Below are positions 1-10,585 of a stretch of 64,000 nt of DNA, piece after piece (position 1 is the first letter of the stretch; each line of letters starts with the position of its first letter). The stretch comes from Utricularia gibba (Eukaryota; Plantae; Magnoliophyta), in NCBI GenBank assembly GCA_002189035.1, contig NEEC01000007.1:310001-374000 (forward strand), given 5' to 3'. The position numbers and the translations under genes are program-made. The notes beneath the pieces are model-generated. The model ran no database searches. It had not been told where the DNA came from and saw nothing but the letters and a program-made list of their open reading frames with translations.

Positions 1-1483
1 CGGCGTAGAAGACCTCCATCTCCTTACCCAAATCGACCCGACTGAATCCAGGTTTCTTCTTCGAATCCAAGTTTTCCATCAGCTTTCGAATGGCAGATAC
101 GTTCTCCCACTGACCTGCCTGAGCATAGATATTGGACATGAGGATCAGTGTTGATGTCTCTTTGGATTCAAACTTGAGTAAACGATCTGCTATGTGAACT
201 CCCAACTCATGTCTCCCAGCTTGACAGCAAGCGCTTAACAATGTAGCCCACACTGCTTCATCAGGCTTGAACGGCATGGAGTTTACCACCTCGAGCGCCT
301 GTTCAAGGCGTCGAGATCGGGCGTAGAGATCCACTAAACATGTGTAATGCTGAAGAGAAGGTCTTAATCCATAGTCTGCAACCATGGATTGGAAAAGATG
401 CTGACCTTTTTCTACTAGTCCAGCATGGCTGCATCCATAGATGACACCAGTGAAGGTCACTGCATTTGGTCTGAAACCAGCAAGAATCATTTCATCATAC
501 AACTGCAGGGTTTTGTCAGCAAGGCCATGATGCGCCATTCCAACAATAATAGATGTCCAAGAAACGATATCTCTATGCATCATGGAACGGAATATTGCCT
601 CTGCAGATGATACTTCACTGCACTTTGAATACATGTCAATCAGAGAGTTACTGATATAGCAATTGGATTCATAACCAAGAACAATGACTAATCCATGAAT
701 TTGCTTTCCTATGTGCTGCAAAGCTGCATCAGCAGAACACGAAAGCAAACTTGAAAGAACAAACTTTCCCTCGATGGCAATACCTGATCGTCGCAATTCG
801 TTAAAGAGCTTGATCGAGTCAACAGAATGCCCACCCTGCACAAATCCAGATATCAAAGCTGATAAAGTGTGGACATTTTTCGTAGGCATTTTGTGAAAGA
901 TTTCCAGGGCTTCAACTTTCCTTCCCTTCCGTGCATATCCATATAGTAAACTAGTCCAAGAGGCGACATTTTTACATGTAATGGAGGCAAAAACTTGAGA
1001 GGCAACATCAGGCAATCCGCATTTAGCGTACATGTCAACGATAGAAGATTTAACAACGGGGTCATCGGAAAAAGGCGATACCAGAAAATAGGCATGGATC
1101 TGTTGGCCTACCCTCAAAGCTCCCAGGTTAGAGCATGCCTTGACCAGGCTGGCCAAAACAAAGTTGTCGGCTTGCAGGCCATCAAGAAGCATCATTTTGG
1201 GAAACATCAAAATGGGATATTTGGATCGTTTCGCTAGGTTATATGCAGTGAAAACAGATGCCCAGGAGGAAAAGTTTCTATGCGGCATTTCATCGAACAT
1301 CTGGACTGCATCCTCCAGAAGTCCACATTTACCATACATATCAAGAAGCGCGTTAGTGAAAACGGGTACATGACGTTCTGCGCCTGATTTGATGCAGTGA
1401 GCATGAAGCTTCCTGCCTTCGCTTGCTAGTTGAAGATCTCTGCAATGCTTAATCTGATGCAGCAATATACGTGAGCCGCTCAT
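1..1483 (-). CDS. PLS-class pentatricopeptide repeat protein (E, probably E+/DYW), intronless; C-terminus lies beyond the window start
   Basis: Not in the ORF track because it has no stop in the window. Manual translation from ATG at 1483 gives MSGSRILLHQIKHCRDLQLASEGRKLHAHCIKSG...FTNALLDMYGKCGLLEDAVQMFDEMP. Near 1-450 it reads CSHAGLVEKG...HYTCLVDLYARS...MPFKPDEAVWATLLSAC...LMSNIYAQAGQWENV...KKPGFSRV (S2/E motifs). From memory it resembles Arabidopsis At4g14050. Confidence 0.9.
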   Translation of the reverse strand, partial: MSGSRILLHQIKHCRDLQLASEGRKLHAHCIKSGAERHVPVFTNALLDMYGKCGLLEDAVQMFDEMPHRNFSSWASVFTAYNLAKRSKYPILMFPKMMLLDGLQADNFVLASLVKACSNLGALRVGQQIHAYFLVSPFSDDPVVKSSIVDMYAKCGLPDVASQVFASITCKNVASWTSLLYGYARKGRKVEALEIFHKMPTKNVHTLSALISGFVQGGHSVDSIKLFNELRRSGIAIEGKFVLSSLLSCSADAALQHIGKQIHGLVIVLGYESNCYISNSLIDMYSKCSEVSSAEAIFRSMMHRDIVSWTSIIVGMAHHGLADKTLQLYDEMILAGFRPNAVTFTGVIYGCSHAGLVEKGQHLFQSMVADYGLRPSLQHYTCLVDLYARSRRLEQALEVVNSMPFKPDEAVWATLLSACCQAGRHELGVHIADRLLKFESKETSTLILMSNIYAQAGQWENVSAIRKLMENLDSKKKPGFSRVDLGKEMEVFYA

Positions 1484-1836
1484 GAATACCTGGGAAGACG
1501 CAAAGGCTCATCCACCACAAACTACACAGAGATCTGAATCACTGTTGCATATACATGGATTCTTTGATGTTTCGAAACTTCCATTCCTTTTAGCGCCCAT
1601 CGTCGTGAGTTGCTGTCTGGAATCGACAGAAACTGAAACTTTTATTGCGAAATGTTGCCTTCTATCTATACAAAGAATCATGCCGTGTGTATCACTAAAT
1701 TATTTGGGATGCCTCATGAAGTAGACGAACATTTGCCCTACTGTGCCCCTTCACACAACTTCCATTGCACCTTGCTCCTGTGCTGGCACCTGCATCTGAC
1801 CCATGAAGGATCTTCCACCTACTGTGATCACCTCGC

Positions 1837-4768
1837 TCACACATTGGGAGGTTGAGCATTGTCGAGAGGCATGTATTGCGCCATGATCGCCCGGATCTCC
1901 GAGTCCATATACCTCTGCACATTGCGTCATATGAAAAGTGTAGCATGAGAAAACACGCCAACGCTGTATGCTTCGTTTTGGTGGAGTTGTGGAGGTACCC
2001 GGATTCTGTATTTGTAGATCGCATATCCTGCCACTCCAGTAACGCTTATGCCCAGCAGAACAACCCACATGGTTCCCCAGCCAGACTCTGAGCTACCTTC
2101 TTTGCCTGCAGTTCATCAAAAAATGGCCTTAGCTGAAATGTCTTGCCACTGCTCTATGCTACACTTGAGAAGGTCACCTACCTATGCAAGTGTCATGCTC
2201 ACGAATGTACAGTAAGTTGCCTCTGCAGCTGCACTCGTAACTTCCCCATGTGTTCTTGCATATGCAATCTCGACACTGACAAGCTAACTTCTCCTTGCAT
2301 TCGTTGATATCTGGGATATTCCCATTCGACTGAACTACAACAATGCAAGAAACAACATATCGGAGCTGTGGGTGGAATCCATACCTCGACACATTGTGAT
2401 TCCATCACCTCGGAACCCCGGTGGGCATTCGCAACCTCTTACAATGCCTTCCTACAAAGATACATTTCCATGAAGTGTTGAAGGTAAAATAGATGTCCAT
2501 GAGAGAAACAAGGAAGCGTGTGCATAGGTGAGTGAGTGGATTTTGCAAAGAAAAAAAAACAAAGATGAGCTATCAACTAACATTGCATGCTGAATAAGAG
2601 TTCCCACCCTCACTTCCTTTCCAACACCCTCCATTATTTATCTGGCATCGTAAGGCCCCGGAAGCTGCCAAGTGCAATGTAGAGAGGGTTAGTGTTCAGT
2701 TGGTGGTCTCATTCAGAGGTCAAGATGGATATATCCCTCATCTAATGCAATTGTCAAACCAGAGCAATGGGTGTAACCATCTCCAGTGAACCTAACTCCC
2801 TGCACGGTGGGGCATTGACAAACTCTCCCTCGAAAGGTATCCTGTCACAAGTTTTGTTTTCCTTCATTTTGCATGAGTAAAGGAGAGCAAACTTGAAAAG
2901 CATAAGCTACAACATATCCTGATCTCTGTTTTACCCTGCATGCTGTGATATTTGAAATCTTATCTTCCCAGCACCCGCCATTGTTTTCAAGGCACTCATT
3001 TGTTTCCATATCTATGTCAATCAAGCACATGAATAATCCAGCTTCAGCATATAATAAAATAAAATAGAGATTTTCGTTTCTTTATGGTGTCAAAACATGC
3101 ATTCAATCATTAAAAGCAAAGCATCAATAAGTTGACCAGAAGTTAAACAAATCGAAGGCTCGGTGGTCTCCTCAAAGCCGGAACAGATAGCCTTTAGAAC
3201 TGCTGCTTTGCCCAGCTTACCTAAAAAAAAAGTGACGCCATGGATGTTTTGGGAAGAAATTTCAAGTTTGATGTAGATTCACTGCATGAGTTGTCCTAAA
3301 TTTTGAAGTACCTCTATATTGTCTATTGTTGATCACAAGGGTTGGTAAAATTGTGACATCTCCACGAGCCCCTTTACCAATCTGAGATTATTTGGAATGA
3401 CCTCTAATGAACAAAAGGTTTTAGAGGTAAACTGAAAGAAATCATCTTTCGTGCTTATAAGATAAATGACTACCTGAGCTTCTTGTTCTGCTCTCAAAAC
3501 CGGGTTTTCAACGTCTGCCTCGGTGTCTCCAACACATTCATCTATTTTTCCAACATCAAACCCTGGACACATCAAAGATCATGCAAATCAAACACCTAAA
3601 AGCTCAATCTTCATTATTATCATTGTACAAGAATGTGTATGAAAGTTCATTTAGTGTCTTCAGGTTCTCAACTCACCAAGAGACCTGATTACTTCATTAG
3701 CACATCCTCTGGTGTATTTCCTTGATTTCATCGGGCATCTGATCGAAAAATCAGTGACATAATCCCACCACATCCACTGTCTTCCTCTATCCTTTGAAAC
3801 CTTGAAGAAACAAGCTTGAATCAAGTTCTGAATGACAACATCTTTTCCACTATATCCCCTGCTGAAGTCCTGCTCCGGATCAGGTGCACAATATCTCCCA
3901 TTGTTGATGCACTGCGACTTGCATTGCTCGCTCAAAATGAAAGCCTCAGGACAATACCAAGTTATGTAATGTGGAGTGAACTGAGTGTAACCTTTCTGCT
4001 CCAAAATCTGAGCCGCCCCTTTGAAGTCGCTGACAAAATTCATCTGAGCCTCACATTTCGGGCCACACTCGTCGTTGCTATTGGTCCAGAGCTCATACTC
4101 TACACGATCATCGGGATGAGGAAGAGCCTCTCTCCAGTCGAGATTTACACTCACCATCTGCCCCAAGGAGAGCAGCTTCTTTATTTTGTCCCCGAGGTCT
4201 TTTGAAATGAGTGCAGATGGGATTGTGATGTTCTGTAAATAGTTAGGTTGTGCATCGGCATCTTCTGGCGTATCCATTGTAATCAGAGGCTCGATCTTGT
4301 CATCGGCAACAAGAATCGCAGCCACCCCTGCCCTCTGAGCATTCCATGCCTTGAGCGTGAAATAGCATTCTGCCGTGTAAACAATCAGACACAAATGGAT
4401 GGTGATAGTTTTCTTTGAGATACATGTAATTCAATACAGCAATCCATGCAGTTACGTAATGTACCTCCTCTATCGGCAAGAAGGAAAACAGGGATGCCGC
4501 CGGGGCCAAGCCCATTCCGCCACGAAACATCGGAATCCAGGAAGAGACGGCACGCCTTTCGATTCGATTTTGGGTAGAAAACTGAACCCACCATGGTGCC
4601 TCCATACTGCGGAACCCCGAAATTCCCAATTGCACATTCATACAAGCCTTTCAGCGAATTGGGACTAGTCACTTTTAAATTATTCTTCTCCACCACAAAT
4701 CTCCCAATGCAGCAACTGCAGTTCAAAGCCAACGCAAGCAGATAGAAACCCAGCAAATTGTTCGTCAT
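1837..4768 (-). CDS. VSR: Vacuolar sorting receptor (BP-80/VSR1-type), multi-exon
   Basis: Signal peptide followed by [14 protein letters not shown]...[12 protein letters not shown], a PA domain ([19 protein letters not shown]), [15 protein letters not shown] repeats, a TM helix and the cytosolic tail [25 protein letters not shown] with the YMPL sorting motif. Exons join in frame at GT-AG boundaries. Confidence 0.95.
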
Positions 4769-5872
4769 TGTAACCGGAAAAAAACTCGAAGAAATCAAAT
4801 CTCACCTGATGGGTCTCTCTATTTTAAGGCTGTGAGATTCGAAAACATAGCAAAAATGTCTCTTTGAAAAAATCCAAATCGAGGGCACTGCATTTGTTGA
4901 TTGACACGTAGAAATTAGCGATCTCTTTTGCAGGAATAAAAACGGTGATCAAAGTTCAACCTGCACTTTCCATTTCTTTTTTATGGGTTGTTAAGAAAAG
5001 CGATCGCAGCGCATTTCTCAAAGACAAAGGTGGTCATTACAGTGAGCACGATCCCGAAGACAAAGGTGGCGATCTTTGCCTGTATAAAATGGGGAAGTCC
5101 ATGCACAGTTTCTCTCCTTTTTATCGAAGTTGTGATGAAAATCATTCAAAATTTTGTGTTGTATTTTGGAAATTTTCATTGATGGTAGCAGGTGACTGAG
5201 GCAAAAGATCACTGTGCAAGTTCAGTGGGGCTACTCGTAAATTGAAACTAACAAACAAACAAGTGTAGGCAAATCAATCTCTGCCGTACGACCTTTCTCT
5301 GTTTTTCCGATGAGATTGAAATTCTGCACCCGGATCCTCTGAAGCTGTTCTCCCGTATCTACCCAGATAATATCTACGCCGATTCGCTGGCGATCGTGTC
5401 GTGTCCAACTGAAATAAACAGCTTTTACAGCATGCAAAAAAGGTTTAGTCTGTCTTGCGTTGACATTTCTGAAACATCTCGAAAATCTTATTCAAAACTC
5501 AAAAGCTTCTTCCTCTTCTTCGTCTTTAATCGACAAACATGTCTTCCTCTGCAACACTATTGAGCATCAAAGATCAAATCTTTACAAATGAAATGACCCG
5601 AAACAATCATTCGTACAACGAAACCGGAGCGGCATTCGTAACGGCGTGTGATTCGAAGCATCGGCGGTCCCAGAGGTTTCCCTCAACAGATCTAGCAGTG
5701 AACGGGTGGTCCACTGGACGTGCTTCTGTTCGGTTCCATTGGTGCGTCTTTTTTTCGGATTGATTAATTAATAAAAAAAAATAATGATAAAGAATTCGAT
5801 GATGAAGAATGAGTCTCGGATTCTTTTTCGGGTCAGATCTGCATCTTTTGCTCCCCATTTTCGTAGATTCCC

Positions 5873-7392
5873 ATGGGCTCTACCCAATCGGCGCCGGTGC
5901 TCTCCGACGGCGAATATCAGGGACCTCTACGCCAAGATGCTGCCGCCGAAGACGACGACGATGAAGATGTGGAAGGTGAGGAACATGTAGGAGGCGCACC
6001 GACCGGGGATGAGGTGAAAATGGCGAAGAAGATTCTGCAGCAGGAACCGGAAATGCTTCCTTTTCACGCATCGGCCTCGCCGCTATCGCCTCAGCCGTCC
6101 GCGCACAATACTCCGAGATTAGGTCCTTCGATTAAGGTCTGGGATCCTTACAATGTCCTCGCTCCGCCTCCGCCATTTCTTGCGCCACCGCATTTCCCAA
6201 GGAACTTCTCTACTCCACTTGCGGACAACGATCGGGGATTGACGGAGGTCTATTTGATTAGTCACGGAGAGTGTCATATGAAACTAAGGCCAGATTTGAT
6301 CGCTGGTCGCTGCCCCGATGCGGCGCTTACTCCTTGTGGCAGACGACAGGCAAGGGCGCTTGCTGTGTTTCTCAAGTCTCTTGGCGTGAGGTTTAATTCC
6401 GTTTATACATCGAATCTGGATCGGGCTCGTGCCACAGCACTCTCTGTTTGCCAGGTGAAGTTCTCTCCAGTCACTAGTCACTTCTTCCTCTCCCTCTCTA
6501 TTTTTTCACAAATTGGTTTCCTTGGAATTCATACTGCAAAATGCAAATCGATGGGGATTCTCGTGTTCATCAACTTAATGTGCTTTGAAATGGGAGGATT
6601 CCTTGCTGGATGAATATCTGAACCAATCTCCATGAAAATGAACCTGTTTCGGTTGAAAAACTGAACTCCGGGTTGATAAAACCGATGGGAATTACTTAAA
6701 ATTTAACAGAATTGCTGCAGGAATTGAGTTTCCCTGAGGAAAGCATACAATCATCAGATGCTCTCGCGGAGATGAGCTATGGCCATTGGGAAGGATGCCA
6801 CAAATCCGAAATTTTTACTCCAGAAACAGCGAGTCTAATGGAGAAATCACAGCCTGATTTCTGTGCACCCTCTGGAGAATCATTGAGGCAGGTGGAATTC
6901 CGTATGGTACAGTTCCTAAACACCGCCATAGTGCCATTCCCAGAGAAGTTTACTTCCGATTTCTCGCCACCGGATCCGGTGGAGAACCCCCACGGATCTT
7001 CTTTGGCAGCTTCCCATTGGGATCTGATAAACCGGCACCGGCAGAGCCTGCCAAGAAAGAAGTCTGGGAAGAGCAGGCTCCAGATCGTGACATCAACCGC
7101 TGACCACGAAGCAGATGATGAGATGTCACCTCGGCAGCCTAGCAATCTAGACATGGCTACCGATCCAAACAGTATGGAGAGGTGCAACTCTTCTCTGGCA
7201 GCTTCTTGCGTTGGAGTTTTCAGCCACCCGACTCCGATCAAATGTCTGCTGACCGGCCTACTTGGCTGCAGTCCAGCAATGTCACACAAGATGTGCATTG
7301 ATGATTCTTCTGTCACAGTTCTACAGCATTCATGGAAACTGGGCTGGCAAATAAGGAGAGTGAACGATACTTCACACCTTAGGCTTCTTTAG
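5873..7392 (+). CDS. Histidine phosphatase / phosphoglycerate mutase-like family protein, 2 exons (5873-6454, 6721-7392)
   Basis: VYLISHGEC (RHG-like motif with S for R), YTSNLDRARATA, ALAEMSYGHWEG, GESLRQVEFRM, GVFSHPTPIKCLLTGLLG. GT at 6455 and CAG ending at 6720. Confidence 0.88.
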
Positions 7393-7707
7393 AACATAAA
7401 GGTTTGTTCTCTTGCAGGCCAGCCTTTTTATCTGAGTTTTTTCTGTTACCAGTTAGCATATCTATACAGCCACCGCAGTCCGGTCCTTGTCCGGGGAGGT
7501 GGAACATGATCGATTCTTTCTCTGGTGGTTCATAGCTATCTATGATGCGCAACTCAGTTTTGCCCCCATCTTAACCTCGGTTCTTGCATTGTTGTGAGCC
7601 TTCCCCAGCTCTATATTCTACTTGTTTCATCAGATGTACACTCTTGACTTGAAGCCATTATGCATCTCATTGGCAAAGATTTCGAAATCCAATTGCTCCT
7701 TGTTAAC

Positions 7708-8140
7708 ACAGCAGAGGTAATAAATGGACTATACACAGCACAATCACAAGGTTTCGTCTTCATAAAAGAATTGGAGGGGATGGGATCTTACTTGCAGTTT
7801 GGGGTGAAGAAAGGCGTGATCTCAAGAGCTTTCGCGAGATTACCAGCCGCGTCAGATGGATAAACAGCCGTGGTCATGATGATGCCAATGATCGGTGTGG
7901 CATACGTCCAACGGCATCGGCGGCGGAGAGTATCTCTGATCTTGATCATAGTATTACCCTTGGTAACCGCCAGATCCAGGATTGAAAGGCGGAGCCGACG
8001 GCGGCGACTCCCCCATGGTACCGTAACCTGATGAAATACTACTCGGAATGATCACACAGCATACAGCACACATCGCGGTGGCTGTGGTGGGCGAGGGTAC
8101 CTGGAGGCGGCGGCGGAGGCGAATAATTGGGAGTACTCAA
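7708..8140 (-). pseudogene. Probable decayed CYSTM-family (Pro/Tyr-rich, Cys-rich TM tail) gene
   Basis: Reads (L)STPNYSPPPPPPG | 73-nt GT-AG intron 8028-8100 | YGTMGESPPSAPPFNPGSGGYQG*YYDQDQRYSPPPMPLDVCHTDHWHHHDHGCLSI*RG then a GTAATC donor. This matches the CYSTM pattern GYQGYF...HHDHHH..GC.SFLRGC, but has in-frame TAA (7954-7956) and TGA (7852-7854) and TTG where ATG is expected. Only an LCC remnant (7708-7716) of the Cys tail is visible. Confidence 0.6.
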
Positions 8141-8635
8141 CAAGAACGCGCACCGGAATTGGCGAAACGAAAACGGCGTACCGAACCCAGTGTATGATCC
8201 CGTACGTTATAAATCGCCATGCAAAAACTTCTCTCTAATTCGCATCTAGCCAACGCCGTTTTTCTATTTGTATTTTTACTTTAAGCACTAAGCAAAGTGT
8301 TTAATTGATTTAGGATTACTTTTTAATCTTAATTCATAAACTCCAAGACCCCGAGTGGGATCAGTTGGAATTGGGATCCCCAGCTTGAGGGATCAGAAGA
8401 TGGTTTCCATTGACACTCACATAATGGCTCTGTATTTCATCCCCAGTAAAATGATTTCCCAAGTACATCTCCAATGAGCTACATTGTTTGGCTTAGCAAA
8501 GCGAGCCAGGGCCAGAGGGATCTCCCATCTTTCCATGGAATCTCTTCCAACAAGTTCACTGAATGAGGCAGGGAAGTGGAATGCTGACCCCGGAAGAGAA
8601 GCGGTTGGACCCGTTTCAAGAAACTTGCCTCCCAT

Positions 8636-10294
8636 CTAGAATGGTCTGGCTGCCTCCTGCATCATCTTCTTCACCCTCACCAGTTTCTCTATCTCCTTGA
8701 GAGTCTGTTTCCAGGATATATCAGTAAAAAGTGATAATAACAGGTGTCTATTTGTGGGGTGGAAGTTTATCATTCACCTCAATACAAAGATCCTCTGGCG
8801 TTACAGAACTCAACTCCTCGAGTCCCAATCGAGAAGCCACACCTGCTTCCAAAGAAACATATCAAAAGGAGCACATCAGGGAAGTGCGAGAAAGCATTGT
8901 AAACTAACCCGAAGCGAAATGGTGGCATCAGCTGTGGAGTATCCAGGACGTGCTGTGTCATACAGCTTTGCGAGCTTAGCGAGGACCTATTCAGTTCATG
9001 ATGGTCATCAAAGTAAATAGATCTAATGAAAAAATGAAAACTACGCATCTTAGTCGTATATGCTCTACATGTTCAAGTTCAAGTGAATGGTCAGGGTGAG
9101 ATGTGGATGTTGCCATGTCTGAAGCAGAAAGGTGAAGTCTATCATTGATCAGATCATTAGCTACAATATCCAAAGGCACATCGATCCATATTGAAATTCC
9201 ATGCCTTATCAACGCCCTGAAAAAATTGAACTGCATCGCTCAATGAACGAACCATAGCAGCAGCATCATCTTTAGGTGGGATATGCAGCATGCTTACAAA
9301 TTTATGGCACTTTTAACAGCTCCATTTCCAGCACTAACAACCAGACGACCCATCGATGACAACTGCTTCAACACTTCCGTCTAGTTGTCGATTTTAGAAG
9401 TGCTTTTATCATCCATAAGCTCATTACTCACAAAAGCAAAAGATGAGTAGCTACTATTGCTTTAAGATACCTCAGATGCAAGATATCCGTCCTCATCCCT
9501 CTGTAGGAGTGAAAGCGCAGCATCTTTTCCTCCAGCCGCTTCCTCTACCAGATTATCACTACAGAAATCAAAATGAGCTAAAATCAGGCACCTGGAACAG
9601 CAATTAGTCTACGAAATCACAATCAAACTGCTACCTGTCAAAATAATAGTAGCGTAATGAATCAGCTAGCATCCTTCCTAGAGCTGATTTGTAGCCGCTG
9701 TTTATGCCTGGAATAACAGCCATTAGCATGATAAAAACACTAATTATGTTTTCATAAAGCGGGAGGAGTATAGAAGAACATCAGAAATTCTGACCAACAA
9801 GAAAAATGGAAGTTCCCTTTAAATCCGCCGATATCTCAGATGCCCTTTTCTGAGATTGCATGAGAATTTCAATTAGGCCATAAGTATCAACGGCACTTCA
9901 ATTCAAGGGGGCAAAACTTACTTTGATTGCTAGAGACCCATCAGTCTGAACAGCCATCTTTCCTTCTAATCAAAAGATCGAAACATACGAAAGCTTCAGA
10001 TGAATAAGTCTACCAAGTTTTGAATGGGACGGATTCAACGTAAAGGGAGAAATGGGATTTAAAGCGGTGTAAATTGAGTTATATATAACGAAACGAAACA
10101 ACTGTAAACATGCTTCGTCACTCACCGCTACGTACTTCCGCCCGAGCACCGGCAGGGACTGCAGAAAGAGGACTTTGACGAGTTCCACGTTTGGAATGAA
10201 CAAATGAAATAGGAAAAGGCTTCGAGTTTTGAGATTGAGAGAGCAGTGAAGGAATCCATGGATGGAAGCCACAGTGAAAACATGCTCGGACCAT
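8636..10294 (-). CDS. SKL1: Shikimate kinase-like 1 (probably inactive, chloroplast), multi-exon
   Basis: Transit-peptide-like exon 1, then KRASEISADLKGTSIFLVG, LADSLRYYYFDSD, TEVLKQLSSMGRLVVSAGNGAV, ALIRHGISIWIDVPLD and the diagnostic end TLKEIEKLVRVKKMMQEAARPF*. One junction needs +1 nt (see findings). Confidence 0.9.
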
Positions 10295-10372
10295 CTCCGT
10301 TTTTGATTCCTCGTCGCAGTTGATAAGGCTGGCAAGACGACGTAGAGAAAACCAAACCCGGAGTACGGGTAT

Positions 10373-10508
10373 CTGGGCCACCAACTTGAATCTTTAAGTG
10401 GGCCTAACATAAGGCCCATTATAGTAAATGATAGGCCCAAACGTAGTATGATTTGTGGGCCAATAATGACACAGGCTCATTTTTTTGTTTTACTGTTATT
10501 GGGCCTAC
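10373..10508. promoter_or_regulatory. Cluster of site II (TGGGCY/RGCCCA) elements in the SKL1/PPR divergent promoter
   Basis: About six copies on both strands (ctgggcca, gtgggcct, aggcccat, aggcccaa, gtgggcca, ttgggcct) within the ~290 nt between the two start codons. Confidence 0.7.
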
Positions 10509-10585
10509 TGCTACTACGTTTCCCGGCGCAAGAGATTCTACGTTAGGTCTTGGAGGGAGGTGATCACCAGTTCCAGTCATGGTTT

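Noticed and set aside
425-1373. Several 60-80 aa ORF-track entries on both strands
   Set aside because: They are shadow frames of the long minus-strand PPR ORF (1483 to the window start), which the track omits because it has no stop in the window.
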